Shown here: in pieces, positions 1 through 8,583 of the stretch
Layout of the letters: every line of letters starts with the position of its first letter
Numbering within the stretch: the stretch's first letter is position 1
Source of the DNA: a virus
Virus record (IMG/VR): IMGVR_UViG_3300023174_000052
Location: 64,001 to 128,000 of that record
Length of the DNA: 64,000 nt
Reading direction: 5' to 3' (one strand)
Position numbers and translations under genes: made by a program
Notes under the pieces: generated by a model
What the model was told of the DNA's origin: nothing
Seen by the model: only the letters and a program-made list of their open reading frames with translations
Databases searched by the model: none

Positions 1-367
1 CCTTGATGTCATTGCCTTTGACCTGTAGATCGCCGCCGAGAATAGCGTCGCCAGAGCCAGTGATGTGACCACCGACCTTAAGATCAGAAGAGGCAGATAA
101 GACACCGATGAACTGCGCTGTGGCGTGTTTAAAAACGCCGGCTGCAACGCCCGTAAAATCTTTGGTATCGTCGCCTTGAATACGCTTGACAGACGCTGCA
201 AGTTGACCTAAAATTCCTTCGAGGTCTGTCGCGCCGATTGCCGCGGCGCCTGCAGGCTCGAGTCTCGATTGAGCTGACAAGGACTGATTAGCGATATCAG
301 AAATCGCCGTTAGTGAACCAGTAACTGCTGCGAGTCTAATTTGACTGCGTGGAGTTGGTGATGACAT
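1..367 (-). CDS. 5' part of a probable tail-fibre/virion structural protein (runs off left edge)
   Basis: Not in ORF track. Read by hand from ATG at 367: MSSPTPRSQIRLAAVTGSLTAISD...LSASSDLKVGGHITGSGDAILGGDLQVKGNDIK, open to base 1. G-x-L-x-V-x-G beta-repeat character; SD-like AGGGG upstream. Confidence 0.7.
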   Translation of the reverse strand, partial: MSSPTPRSQIRLAAVTGSLTAISDIANQSLSAQSRLEPAGAAAIGATDLEGILGQLAASVKRIQGDDTKDFTGVAAGVFKHATAQFIGVLSASSDLKVGGHITGSGDAILGGDLQVKGNDIK

Positions 368-556
368 GCTAGAACCCCTAATAGTTGAAGTATTTGTGCT
401 AAACGTTTAGACTTCGACTTTGACTGAACCGAGGTTCAAATGGGCATGCGTGAAGCGTTTTAGCCCGATGCTCATTTGTTACATATCCACGTCTTGAGTC
501 ATTTACACTCAAGAGATTGTAACTTTTCGTAATAATTTTTGATTATATGTAATCAA

Positions 557-775
557 CTAAGACTTATATAATCTCCTTTTAACCTGGCGCATCGCTGCGT
601 CGTATCTAGGGTAATCTGAGGCTAGATACTCCCTCTCCATGACTTCAGCCTTTCCGTCTGAATTATCGAAAACAAATTTAAACTTATTTCCAATTTTAGT
701 CGCAGTTATGAGATCGGCTCCTCTCATAACCAAGTACGCTGATATCGCGATATCTGATGTTTCGTAAGTTCGCAT
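557..775 (-). CDS. small DUF5659-like protein
   Basis: YETSDIAISAYLVMRG...KFKFVFD pattern resembles DUF5659; GGAG upstream. Confidence 0.55.
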   Translation of the reverse strand: MRTYETSDIAISAYLVMRGADLITATKIGNKFKFVFDNSDGKAEVMEREYLASDYPRYDAAMRQVKRRLYKS

Positions 776-845
776 AATCTATAAAATATCTCCGAACGCC
801 TGCAATTTCGCGCAAGATTGTAAAAATTATAAAATTTATATCTAT

Positions 846-3800
846 CTAAGAATATTGGTAAGTTGCGTAGAATCTGTACTCTTCGTCTACATCATCGTCA
901 AGAATAACTATTTGATTCGTGTCAAAAACGAAATCATCACCTACGCCTTGCTTCAAAAGTTGTCCATTCATAAATAACATAATCGATGATGCCGGCGTCG
1001 GAACGTGAGATAAATTAGCAATCCATAAACCCATTATAGGATTGTAAAAAAATGTAATTTGTTCATTCACTTCATAATAAGCCGTCCCAGAATATGCCAT
1101 GTACGTAGCGATGAATATATCGTCAGGATCTAATTCTTCTAAGGAAGCATTGATGTATATTTTTTTTCCGACTATCGTGTAATCTTTTAAACTTCCTTGT
1201 GAAAGAAGTTGCCCGTTCCAAAACAACAATAATCGAGCGGGTTCTATAGGTTCGAATTCCAGATCTCCTGTTATGACTCCATCGACTTCGAGTACATTAA
1301 CTCTTTCATTCAAAATATATCGAGATGATGCTTCAACGTAAGGATACATGACTGCAATAGTATCATCTATTTGTGGGGTCGAACCAGAAGCGAACATCAC
1401 CGTTTTACCCGATGTTGTATAATCGTATCCTGCTCCACAAGTTAATAATTGACCATTCAACCATATCATCAATTGTGAAGAATCAGATGGAGTACGCGTA
1501 GTCTCAAATAATCTATTTGAACCGTTTATTTCACCATCTAATCGTTCGTTAAGAGCTAACTTCGAGAGATACGCAGCAGAAGAACCGACTTGAGGATCAA
1601 CGGAAAAAATGACTTTTCCAGCTGACGACGTCGTAATCAAAATGCCTGTTCCCTGTTCGGCTTTACGACTATTTTGTATAGAAGAAGATTCGTAAGTTAT
1701 TATGGGTCCAGAAATCGTTCCTGTTATCGTACCCGTCGCATAAGAATTTATCGTGACAGATCCATCTGACCCTGTTGAAAGAATGATTCCATCACCCGCT
1801 CTTAAAAACGGAGAACCATCTGAGAGTTGAGTTAAAGAACCTGTGAGACCTCGTAGGAAGGTAACTTCTCCCGTAAACTGTGCTCCGGTCAAAAATGGTA
1901 TAGAAGCTACGTCGATAGCTAACGATACGGAACCAGAACTTCCTCCTCCAATGAGTCCCTGTCCTGCTATGACTTCTGTGATATCTCCTATGGGACCCGT
2001 ATTCGTGATAGTGATCGATCCATTAGAACCAGTCGATATATCAATGCCCGTACCAGCTATTAAGTACTGTGAACCATCTGTAAGTTGTGTTAAAGACCCT
2101 GTAAGTCCACCACCAAAAGTTACAGCTCCCGTAAACTGGGCACCGGTTAAAAATGGTATAGAAGCTACATCGATAGCTAACGTAACAGAACCAGATAATC
2201 CACCACCAACTAATCCAGTCCCTGCGATAACCTCAGTAATGTCGCCGACCGGTCCAGTGTTTAAAATTGTTATCGAACCATCTGACCCAGTCGTTAATGA
2301 AATGCCATCACCGGCCCTTAGATAAGCGGAACCGTCTGATAGTTTGGTTAGAGAACCAGATAAGCCAGTATAAAAAGTGCCAGGTCCATAAAAAGAAGCA
2401 GATTCAAGCGTAGAAGAACCAGAAGCATGTAAACCAGACGAGAAAGACACTTCGCCTGTGAATCGCGTGCCTGTAAGAAACGCCACTACTCCCGGGTCAA
2501 CAGATAACGAAACTGCGCCTGTTGTCCCTCCCCCAACCAATCCGAGGCCGGCGTCGACTTCAGTAATATCACCTACGGGACCTGTATTAGTAATCGTAAT
2601 CGATCCATTAGACCCAGTCGATATATCGATACCAGTACCAGCTAACAAGAAAGGAGAACCATCGATTAAACGGGTTAGAGAACCTGATAAACCCGCTGCG
2701 AATTTAGTCGGACCTGTGAACGTCGAGCCACTCAACTTGGCTATGCTTCCAGTGTCGACGTAGATGTTCATCTTTCCACCTGGACCGCCATCGTTTATCT
2801 TTATTCCAAAAGAAGAAGATAATACTCGACTACCTGTAAGCTCGGCGCTTGATGAAGCTAATATGTAAGCTGCGCCTATCGGTGGAATACTCGCCGTAAT
2901 ATTCGAAGAGATGACTATTTCACGTGTTGGCTTAACGGTTAACTCTATACCAGGACCAGCCGCCAATTTTGTAGCGATGGTAAAGTTACCATTAATCATG
3001 TCTTCGTGAAATTGTATACCATCGCCTTCTATTATCGCAAGGCTTCCTGGTAGACCCGCATCTTTGTGGTGCGTCAAAAATGGACCACTTACGAAAGAAC
3101 CCGTCTGCGCAGCGATCGTGATAGAACCATCAGACCCAGTAGAAAGTGTTACATTCAGTCCCGCCTTTAAATACGGATCGCCATTCGATAATTTCGTAAG
3201 GGAACCACTTAACGCCGTCGCCGAAAGAGTACCTGCGACGTTCGCGTTTCCGTTGGATTTTAAATAAGACGCTGTGACAGGACCAGAAAAAATAGCGCCC
3301 GTTAAAAATGCGACCTGACTATCTAAGACCTTTAAAGTATAAGAGCCACCTGCTCCTGCATCTACGCTACCTAAACCTGCGCCTAAAGATAAGACCCTTT
3401 CCTGTGATAATAGACCCGACGAATCTGCAGAGAGTAATAAATACTTAGCGTCTAAAGGTGCCGCTGACGTTAGCGCCGCGGCGATCGTGATAGAACCATT
3501 CGAGCCTGTCGAAAGAGTGATATTTGAACCAGCCTTGAGATAATCGCTTCCATCGATAAGCTTAGTTAAAGAACCTGTTATCTTCTGTAAGATAGCAGTC
3601 GTAGCGTTTATATTCGTCGTGTTTAAATTCGTAGCGCTTACGTTCGTGCTATTCAGATTAGTCGAATTTAAAGTCGGAGCTGTCACTGGGCCTGTAAATA
3701 CAGCACCTGACTTTCTAACTACCGTAGAATCTACTTTTACAACTGGCGAACCACTTGACGTATCTAATATTACGCCATCGCCTGCGCTTAAAACCTTCGC

Positions 3801-4349
3801 GCCAGCAAAACCCGGTACTGACGTTAAAGATAGAAAGGGCAGCGTAGATAAAGAAGTTCCATCTAAAGTAATCGAATCTGCTGTTAACGAACTAACTATT
3901 AGATTCGCAGTTGCATCGAATCCTATCGTAGCAGATGCAGTATCGAAAGTAATGGGTCCTGTCGCCTTGAGGACTTTGTCATTACTTAAATCGGTCGTAG
4001 CCTGCCATGTAAGATAAGGACTATTTTTTGGAGCAGACGCTACCGAACCTTCGACGACGGCGTTAAGAGTGAAACCACCATCACCGTTATCTACGACCTG
4101 GACGCCATCACCACCACGTAGCGCATACTGTCCATTTGGTAAGACAAGAGTTCCAGATGCTCCGTGTTTTACCCATAATGAACCTGACATATACGAGTGG
4201 CCGATGACCCGTAAGTCAGATTCCATATAGTCGGCTATACCTACAACAAGATCATGGGGAGAAATCACGCTTACGATTTCGCCCCGATTATCTTTAATTT
4301 TTAAAAGGTCTGCCTCGCGGGCATCCTTCTTTGTAATTTGTGTAGCCAT
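846..4349 (-). CDS. repeat-rich long tail fibre / virion protein (1167 aa)
   Basis: Six copies of GSLTxLxDGxx[YF]LxAGxxIxxSTGSxGSITI, three G[PV]xGDITEVxAG units, and three C-terminal 'xWxNGQLLxxG..D[YF]' beta domains typical of phage fibre/baseplate proteins. Confidence 0.75.
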   Translation of the reverse strand: MATQITKKDAREADLLKIKDNRGEIVSVISPHDLVVGIADYMESDLRVIGHSYMSGSLWVKHGASGTLVLPNGQYALRGGDGVQVVDNGDGGFTLNAVVEGSVASAPKNSPYLTWQATTDLSNDKVLKATGPITFDTASATIGFDATANLIVSSLTADSITLDGTSLSTLPFLSLTSVPGFAGAKVLSAGDGVILDTSSGSPVVKVDSTVVRKSGAVFTGPVTAPTLNSTNLNSTNVSATNLNTTNINATTAILQKITGSLTKLIDGSDYLKAGSNITLSTGSNGSITIAAALTSAAPLDAKYLLLSADSSGLLSQERVLSLGAGLGSVDAGAGGSYTLKVLDSQVAFLTGAIFSGPVTASYLKSNGNANVAGTLSATALSGSLTKLSNGDPYLKAGLNVTLSTGSDGSITIAAQTGSFVSGPFLTHHKDAGLPGSLAIIEGDGIQFHEDMINGNFTIATKLAAGPGIELTVKPTREIVISSNITASIPPIGAAYILASSSAELTGSRVLSSSFGIKINDGGPGGKMNIYVDTGSIAKLSGSTFTGPTKFAAGLSGSLTRLIDGSPFLLAGTGIDISTGSNGSITITNTGPVGDITEVDAGLGLVGGGTTGAVSLSVDPGVVAFLTGTRFTGEVSFSSGLHASGSSTLESASFYGPGTFYTGLSGSLTKLSDGSAYLRAGDGISLTTGSDGSITILNTGPVGDITEVIAGTGLVGGGLSGSVTLAIDVASIPFLTGAQFTGAVTFGGGLTGSLTQLTDGSQYLIAGTGIDISTGSNGSITITNTGPIGDITEVIAGQGLIGGGSSGSVSLAIDVASIPFLTGAQFTGEVTFLRGLTGSLTQLSDGSPFLRAGDGIILSTGSDGSVTINSYATGTITGTISGPIITYESSSIQNSRKAEQGTGILITTSSAGKVIFSVDPQVGSSAAYLSKLALNERLDGEINGSNRLFETTRTPSDSSQLMIWLNGQLLTCGAGYDYTTSGKTVMFASGSTPQIDDTIAVMYPYVEASSRYILNERVNVLEVDGVITGDLEFEPIEPARLLLFWNGQLLSQGSLKDYTIVGKKIYINASLEELDPDDIFIATYMAYSGTAYYEVNEQITFFYNPIMGLWIANLSHVPTPASSIMLFMNGQLLKQGVGDDFVFDTNQIVILDDDVDEEYRFYATYQYS
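1750..2700 (-). repeat. tandem ~258-nt (86-aa) intragenic repeat units in the tail fibre gene
   Basis: AAAAATGGTATAGAAGCTAC.TCGATAGCTAACG occurs at 1891 and 2149 (258 nt apart); GATCCATTAGA.CCAGTCGATAT occurs near 2016 and 2602. Confidence 0.85.
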
Positions 4350-4406
4350 CCCGCTCTAAATAAAGGTCAAGTTAAAGTTCCGGCGCATAAATATGCGCCG
4401 AATTCG

Positions 4407-4784
4407 CTAATAACCTTCTTCGACGCGTTTTAGGATGATTCTATGTTTACGCTCGTAAGCCTCAACGAATTCTTTAGTATCTACTCCGACGTAGAGCAAA
4501 ACGTTGAAAAAATAATTGAATGAGTCAACTATTTCCTCAAGAAAGTGTTCTCGATCGAATTCGTTTAATTGAGATTGACGATGCACCTTAGAATTCTTTA
4601 AAACCTGTAGAGCCTCGAACATTTCTTCAACACCGCGAAGGGCAGTCTCTCGAAGAAATACCTGAGAATCTCTACTCGTCGGATCCAAAGGCATGTCGTG
4701 GACTGCAGAAGGAACTCGGCGCTTGAGTGCGTTCAAAAACTCCTTGCGGAGTTCGAACATATGTTCTAAATCATTAGCTGACAA
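4407..4784 (-). CDS. all-alpha NTP pyrophosphatase (dimeric dUTPase/MazG-like)
   Basis: EEMFEA and EEIVD acidic metal-binding motifs, K-x-H loop, C-terminal AYERKHRII..R; TTG start. Confidence 0.7.
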   Translation of the reverse strand: MSANDLEHMFELRKEFLNALKRRVPSAVHDMPLDPTSRDSQVFLRETALRGVEEMFEALQVLKNSKVHRQSQLNEFDREHFLEEIVDSFNYFFNVLLYVGVDTKEFVEAYERKHRIILKRVEEGY

Positions 4785-5013
4785 CTTGTCCCTCGTTATA
4801 ATCTTGCATTAACTGGCCTTGTTCAAGAACAGTCAACAAACTATCAATCTGATTATCATGAGACTTAAGACACGCTGCGCTTGGAACTAACTGCCCATCC
4901 TTCTCTTCGAGTTCTAAAAGTCGTAGATTATCAACAACGTCAGTGCCTGTCAAAATAGCAACCTGCAATTGTCGAGCAATTAAAACAATAGTATCATCAG
5001 ATAATTTCAACAT
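4774..5013 (-). CDS. hypothetical protein (79 aa)
   Basis: ORF overlaps both neighbours in a coupled operon. Confidence 0.7.
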   Translation of the reverse strand: MLKLSDDTIVLIARQLQVAILTGTDVVDNLRLLELEEKDGQLVPSAACLKSHDNQIDSLLTVLEQGQLMQDYNEGQVVS

Positions 5014-5348
5014 TAGATTCCCTCTCCATTTGAATTGAATTGTAATGGAAGATTTCGAAAAGTTTCATTCTCTTTTTTTGCTGAATCTTCCATCGTCATA
5101 ATCGCCATAGCTGCGTAATTGTGCAAGTCAATCAGAGTATCCCTAATAGACTCGTTATCTACAAGAGTGACTCCTGAATTGTTGATAGACATGAGACGTT
5201 TAATCTTATCGCCCATTCGAACGATTACACCGACAGGTCCAAACTCTGCGAATGCGTCACCATAGTCCCTATTCTTCTTCGCGAACAAATTTCGAGCCTC
5301 TTCTTGAATCATTCGCATTTGCTCGACTCGTTTCTCAGTTCTGTCCAT
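5013..5348 (-). CDS. DUF1599 / nucleotide-modification-associated domain 1 protein
   Basis: KKNRDYGDAF...VRMGDKIKRL...ESIRDTLIDLHNYAAM signature. Confidence 0.75.
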   Translation of the reverse strand: MDRTEKRVEQMRMIQEEARNLFAKKNRDYGDAFAEFGPVGVIVRMGDKIKRLMSINNSGVTLVDNESIRDTLIDLHNYAAMAIMTMEDSAKKENETFRNLPLQFNSNGEGI

Positions 5349-5760
5349 AGTGCTCCTTTAAAAAGTCGTGGTATTCGTTTAATGCGTGATCTTTAGGCTG
5401 CACTTCCTTCCAGTCTCCAAGGATGAAAATGCGATATGCATCCCTTGCGTACTTTCCAACTCCAGCCAATTCTTCAACATCCATCCACTGACCAGAATGA
5501 TACTGGAGAGACATCTTCTTTAGCGTTGCAGCTCGTCGTCGCCACATGCCTAATGGTTTAATCAACTCTTGCAATTCTTCTTCGTCGGCCTGGGATAACG
5601 CAGCTGCATTAGGCCAGCGCTTGAACATCTCTTCAACCACGGGCTCCATCTGTTTACGCGTCGTCAAATTAAGACAAAGACAACAGACCAGAATCTTCCA
5701 GCCATCGGGCCAATACTTTTCTTGAATCAGCCCGTACTTAGGCGGAACCCAACCTATCAG
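5335..5760 (-). CDS. HhH-GPD DNA glycosylase, MBD4-like (T:G/U:G mismatch type)
   Basis: WVPP..LIQE...W..L...LN...LIKPLG...RA....GVGKYARDAYRIF...W..VQPKDHALNEYHDFL is colinear with the MBD4 catalytic domain. Start uncertain: CTG at 5760 or GTG at 5853. Confidence 0.85.
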   Translation of the reverse strand: MIGWVPPKYGLIQEKYWPDGWKILVCCLCLNLTTRKQMEPVVEEMFKRWPNAAALSQADEEELQELIKPLGMWRRRAATLKKMSLQYHSGQWMDVEELAGVGKYARDAYRIFILGDWKEVQPKDHALNEYHDFLKEHYGQN

Positions 5761-6473
5761 TGTTTCTGGTTCTCGATGAATGCCTTGACCGTAACCGGCC
5801 AGAGTTCCTGTACAATTTCCAACATCGCATTCGCTACTCGCTGGATTTCCCACTGTGCTCCCTCATGAGTTCGTAGTTCGATAAAGTGCATAACGTTTCG
5901 AAGATTCGCGGTACAGTAATATTCAGTGTAGAGATTCTGGGGTAGGACCATTCGAGCCTGCTCTCGACAGACTCCCTTCGCAGACAATTCTTCGTATAAT
6001 CGATGGGCGATTCCGACGAAGGCGTTCATAGACTCTGCTGCGTTACCACAATCGCCAGTCTCATGTGGATCACGATAACACCAACTCATTTCTGGATTGA
6101 TTAGTTCCTCAGCGTTAGAGGCCTGACGATTCGACTTATGCTGACTTCTAAATGTCTGAGGTAGGTAGAATTGAATATTTTCGTCAGTGTAACGACGTGA
6201 CACCTCATTGTATGCCGCGGTGCGGTGGCGCATGTGTTGAGAACGAACAAAAAGAGGAACCTTTACTCGAAAGGTGACGACGTTATGTTCAAGCGTTGAT
6301 GTATGCTTATGGTCGATAAGGTACTTGATAAGCTTTTCGTCCTTCGTATCAAGCGAATCCTTATGCTTGTTAAACGAGACACGCGCTGCGTTAACAATGG
6401 TTAAATCCGTTCCCATGTGCTCAACTAACTCGACGAATCCAATCTTATCGTCGTAAAGATATTTCCTACTCAA
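5757..6473 (-). CDS. thyX: FAD-dependent thymidylate synthase
   Basis: RHRTAAYNEVSRRY (RHRx7SxR motif), AARVS, HTSTLEH, REQARMVLP, LR..EGAQWEI; TTG start with AGGAG. Confidence 0.96.
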   Translation of the reverse strand: MSRKYLYDDKIGFVELVEHMGTDLTIVNAARVSFNKHKDSLDTKDEKLIKYLIDHKHTSTLEHNVVTFRVKVPLFVRSQHMRHRTAAYNEVSRRYTDENIQFYLPQTFRSQHKSNRQASNAEELINPEMSWCYRDPHETGDCGNAAESMNAFVGIAHRLYEELSAKGVCREQARMVLPQNLYTEYYCTANLRNVMHFIELRTHEGAQWEIQRVANAMLEIVQELWPVTVKAFIENQKH

Positions 6474-6491
6474 AGAAATCCTCCTATTAGA

Positions 6492-6519
6492 ATCTTATAT
6501 CATTATGAGATATTTTTAA
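6492..6519 (-). promoter_or_regulatory. sigma70-like promoter of the thyX operon
   Basis: TTAAAA-N16-TAAGAT upstream of the AGGAG RBS. Confidence 0.5.
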
Positions 6520-6555
6520 CATACGAGAAAACATATTTAATCGCAGGAGTCATTA

Positions 6556-7800
6556 ATGTTTAGACTGGCGTTAGTGTTTTTATTAGCCTCGCTCTCTTGC
6601 AATTCAGATTACGCGCTTAATGAAGAAGTTCCACCACCACCGCCTGCACCCGAACCTGACATATTAGTCGCAGGTGGTAGTCTAATCGTCGACGGTCTAC
6701 AACCAGGTTGCGAATCCCCAGGATCTTTTAGAATCTCTAACGTAGGCGAAGCGAATCTAACAGTAGATCAAATAGATGTATTCGCCAGTGCCCCCGTAGA
6801 TTCTATCATTCAACCCTACTCGAATAGATTACCCGTAACTATTATTCCTGGCGATTATTTCGAAGTTGAATTTATGACGACTTCTTCTGACAACGTCGAC
6901 GATGCTATCATCGCGATAGTGCATTCTGATGATCCGGATGAAAGTATTGTTCAAACTCAAGTAGAGATACCTTCAGCGCCAGGAGAACTCAGGGAAGAGA
7001 CTTTCGAAATCGAAGAGGCAAAATCAGCAGACATAATTCTTGTCGTTGATAACTCTGGCTCGATGTTAGAGGAACAGACTGAATTAGCATCTAATGCCCA
7101 ACTATTCGTCGATGAACTAAACGCTTCAAACATAGATTATAGAATTGCTGTTATAACGACAGACTCAAGTTATCATGCCGGGCCCTTCATCACACCATAT
7201 ACATCTAATCCTGCGTCTTTATTAGCATCAGAAGTCCTTGTGGGTATATTCGGTAGCGCAGTCGAAATGGGATTATACGAAGCCAAATTAGCTTTAGAAC
7301 CCCCAGGATTCGCGGCACCTGGTGGGAGTTTTCTTAGAGAAAATGCGAGGCTTTCTATTGTGTGGATATCCGACGAAGACGATTTCTCTGTCGGAGATGT
7401 CTCATCGTATGTATCAGATTTCTGGTCAAAGAAATCGTCACCAGGCGAAGTGTCAGTTTGGGGTATTATCGGAGATCCGATGTTAGGATGCTCGAGTGCC
7501 CAACCCGGTGATAGATACTACGATATCATTACTATCATGGGTGGTGGCTGGACTTCTATTTGTTCAAGAGACTGGGGTGCGCCACTCTCGGCTGTCGCCG
7601 GTAGTGTTGGTGTTGATTCTGTATTAGAACTATCAGGTAATCCAGCACCAGCCACGATAGAAGTAAAAGTTAATGGAACGCAAACATGGAATTGGGTATA
7701 TGTCGTGGCCGATAATTCAATATCGTTTAATCCAGGACATATACCCAATGTCGGTTCGCGTGTAGTAGTAAGTTATCAAACTTACGGAGAATGCGATTAG
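6556..7800 (+). CDS. vWA-domain lipoprotein with Ig-like domains
   Basis: Lipobox-like MFRLALVFLLASLSC; Pro linker; Ig-like ISNVGEANLTV...HSDDPDE; MIDAS DIILVVDNSGSM; ISDEDD; AGGAG RBS. Only plus-strand gene. Confidence 0.85.
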   Translation: MFRLALVFLLASLSCNSDYALNEEVPPPPPAPEPDILVAGGSLIVDGLQPGCESPGSFRISNVGEANLTVDQIDVFASAPVDSIIQPYSNRLPVTIIPGDYFEVEFMTTSSDNVDDAIIAIVHSDDPDESIVQTQVEIPSAPGELREETFEIEEAKSADIILVVDNSGSMLEEQTELASNAQLFVDELNASNIDYRIAVITTDSSYHAGPFITPYTSNPASLLASEVLVGIFGSAVEMGLYEAKLALEPPGFAAPGGSFLRENARLSIVWISDEDDFSVGDVSSYVSDFWSKKSSPGEVSVWGIIGDPMLGCSSAQPGDRYYDIITIMGGGWTSICSRDWGAPLSAVAGSVGVDSVLELSGNPAPATIEVKVNGTQTWNWVYVVADNSISFNPGHIPNVGSRVVVSYQTYGECD

Positions 7801-8240
7801 TTTTTCTTAATAGAATCTTTTAGTCTGCGTGCTTCGTCTCTACTGACTCGAGGTCTATCAATGACCTTGTCTAGAACACCAGTGACTTTTGAACTTAAAT
7901 CGTCAGTCTTATCTTCAAATGATTTAAACTTCGATTCCATCGCGTCAAACTTTTTGGCAATAACGTCTACTTGCTTTTTTGCACCAGCTACGTCTGTCTT
8001 AAGTTCACCAACTAATTCATCCTTGGCTAACTTCATCTGTTCTCTAGCTTCGTCTATCTGGGCTTGTATTTCTTTCTTCAAAGAAGCTACTGATTCATCG
8101 ACGTCCATCTTTTTGACTAACGCCTTAGAAGTGTACATATCCCAAGAACTTTTTCCTAAAAGAGTCGTAACAAGTAAAGCGATAATCGCCTGAAAGTTAT
8201 CCTGACCGACGGCGTTAATAATCTCTGAAATCATTGACAT
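7797..8240 (-). CDS. membrane-anchored coiled-coil protein
   Basis: Single hydrophobic helix AIIALLVTTLLG followed by a heptad-rich helix; GGAGG RBS. Confidence 0.7.
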   Translation of the reverse strand: MSMISEIINAVGQDNFQAIIALLVTTLLGKSSWDMYTSKALVKKMDVDESVASLKKEIQAQIDEAREQMKLAKDELVGELKTDVAGAKKQVDVIAKKFDAMESKFKSFEDKTDDLSSKVTGVLDKVIDRPRVSRDEARRLKDSIKKN

Positions 8241-8265
8241 TTCCTCCAGCTTTAAATATCAACGA

Positions 8266-8583
8266 CTATTCAGGGAATTCTTTCTGTATCCACTTACTTC
8301 TTACTTCAATTCTTTTAACTTTCTCTTTTCTATCGAGTTGTTTAAATGCATATTCGGCTTTCAAAGCTTCACTCTTTGTTTGATATGGCCACCAACAAAG
8401 CATTTTAACAGGAATTCTTGAGCGAGTGTATTTTGCCCCTCGCCCAGAATTATGCATCGCTAAACGTCGATCTAAATCGTTCGTGATTCCAGTGTAGAGG
8501 GTCCCGTCCCTACATTGAAGGACGTAGACCCACCAGCACTCATCACCCCAGTATATTTCCTTACTCGAGTCCGTACTTGACAT
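8266..8583 (-). CDS. GIY-YIG nuclease (UPF0213/YazA-like)
   Basis: VYVLQCRDGTLYTGITNDLDRRL..HNSG.GAKYTR...EALKAE. Confidence 0.9.
   Translation of the reverse strand: MSSTDSSKEIYWGDECWWVYVLQCRDGTLYTGITNDLDRRLAMHNSGRGAKYTRSRIPVKMLCWWPYQTKSEALKAEYAFKQLDRKEKVKRIEVRSKWIQKEFPE

Noticed and set aside
1750-2700. Fibre repeats as a diversity-generating retroelement TR/VR pair
   Set aside because: Repeats are in-frame coding modules, differences are not adenine-specific, and no reverse transcriptase is in the window.
7797-8240. Holin or spanin call for the membrane coiled-coil protein
   Set aside because: One TM helix plus coiled coil fits an i-spanin, but there is no adjacent endolysin or nested o-spanin; left unassigned.
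8266-8583. GIY-YIG ORF as a homing endonuclease
   Set aside because: Short UPF0213-type protein with no DNA-binding extension, and not inserted in a conserved gene.
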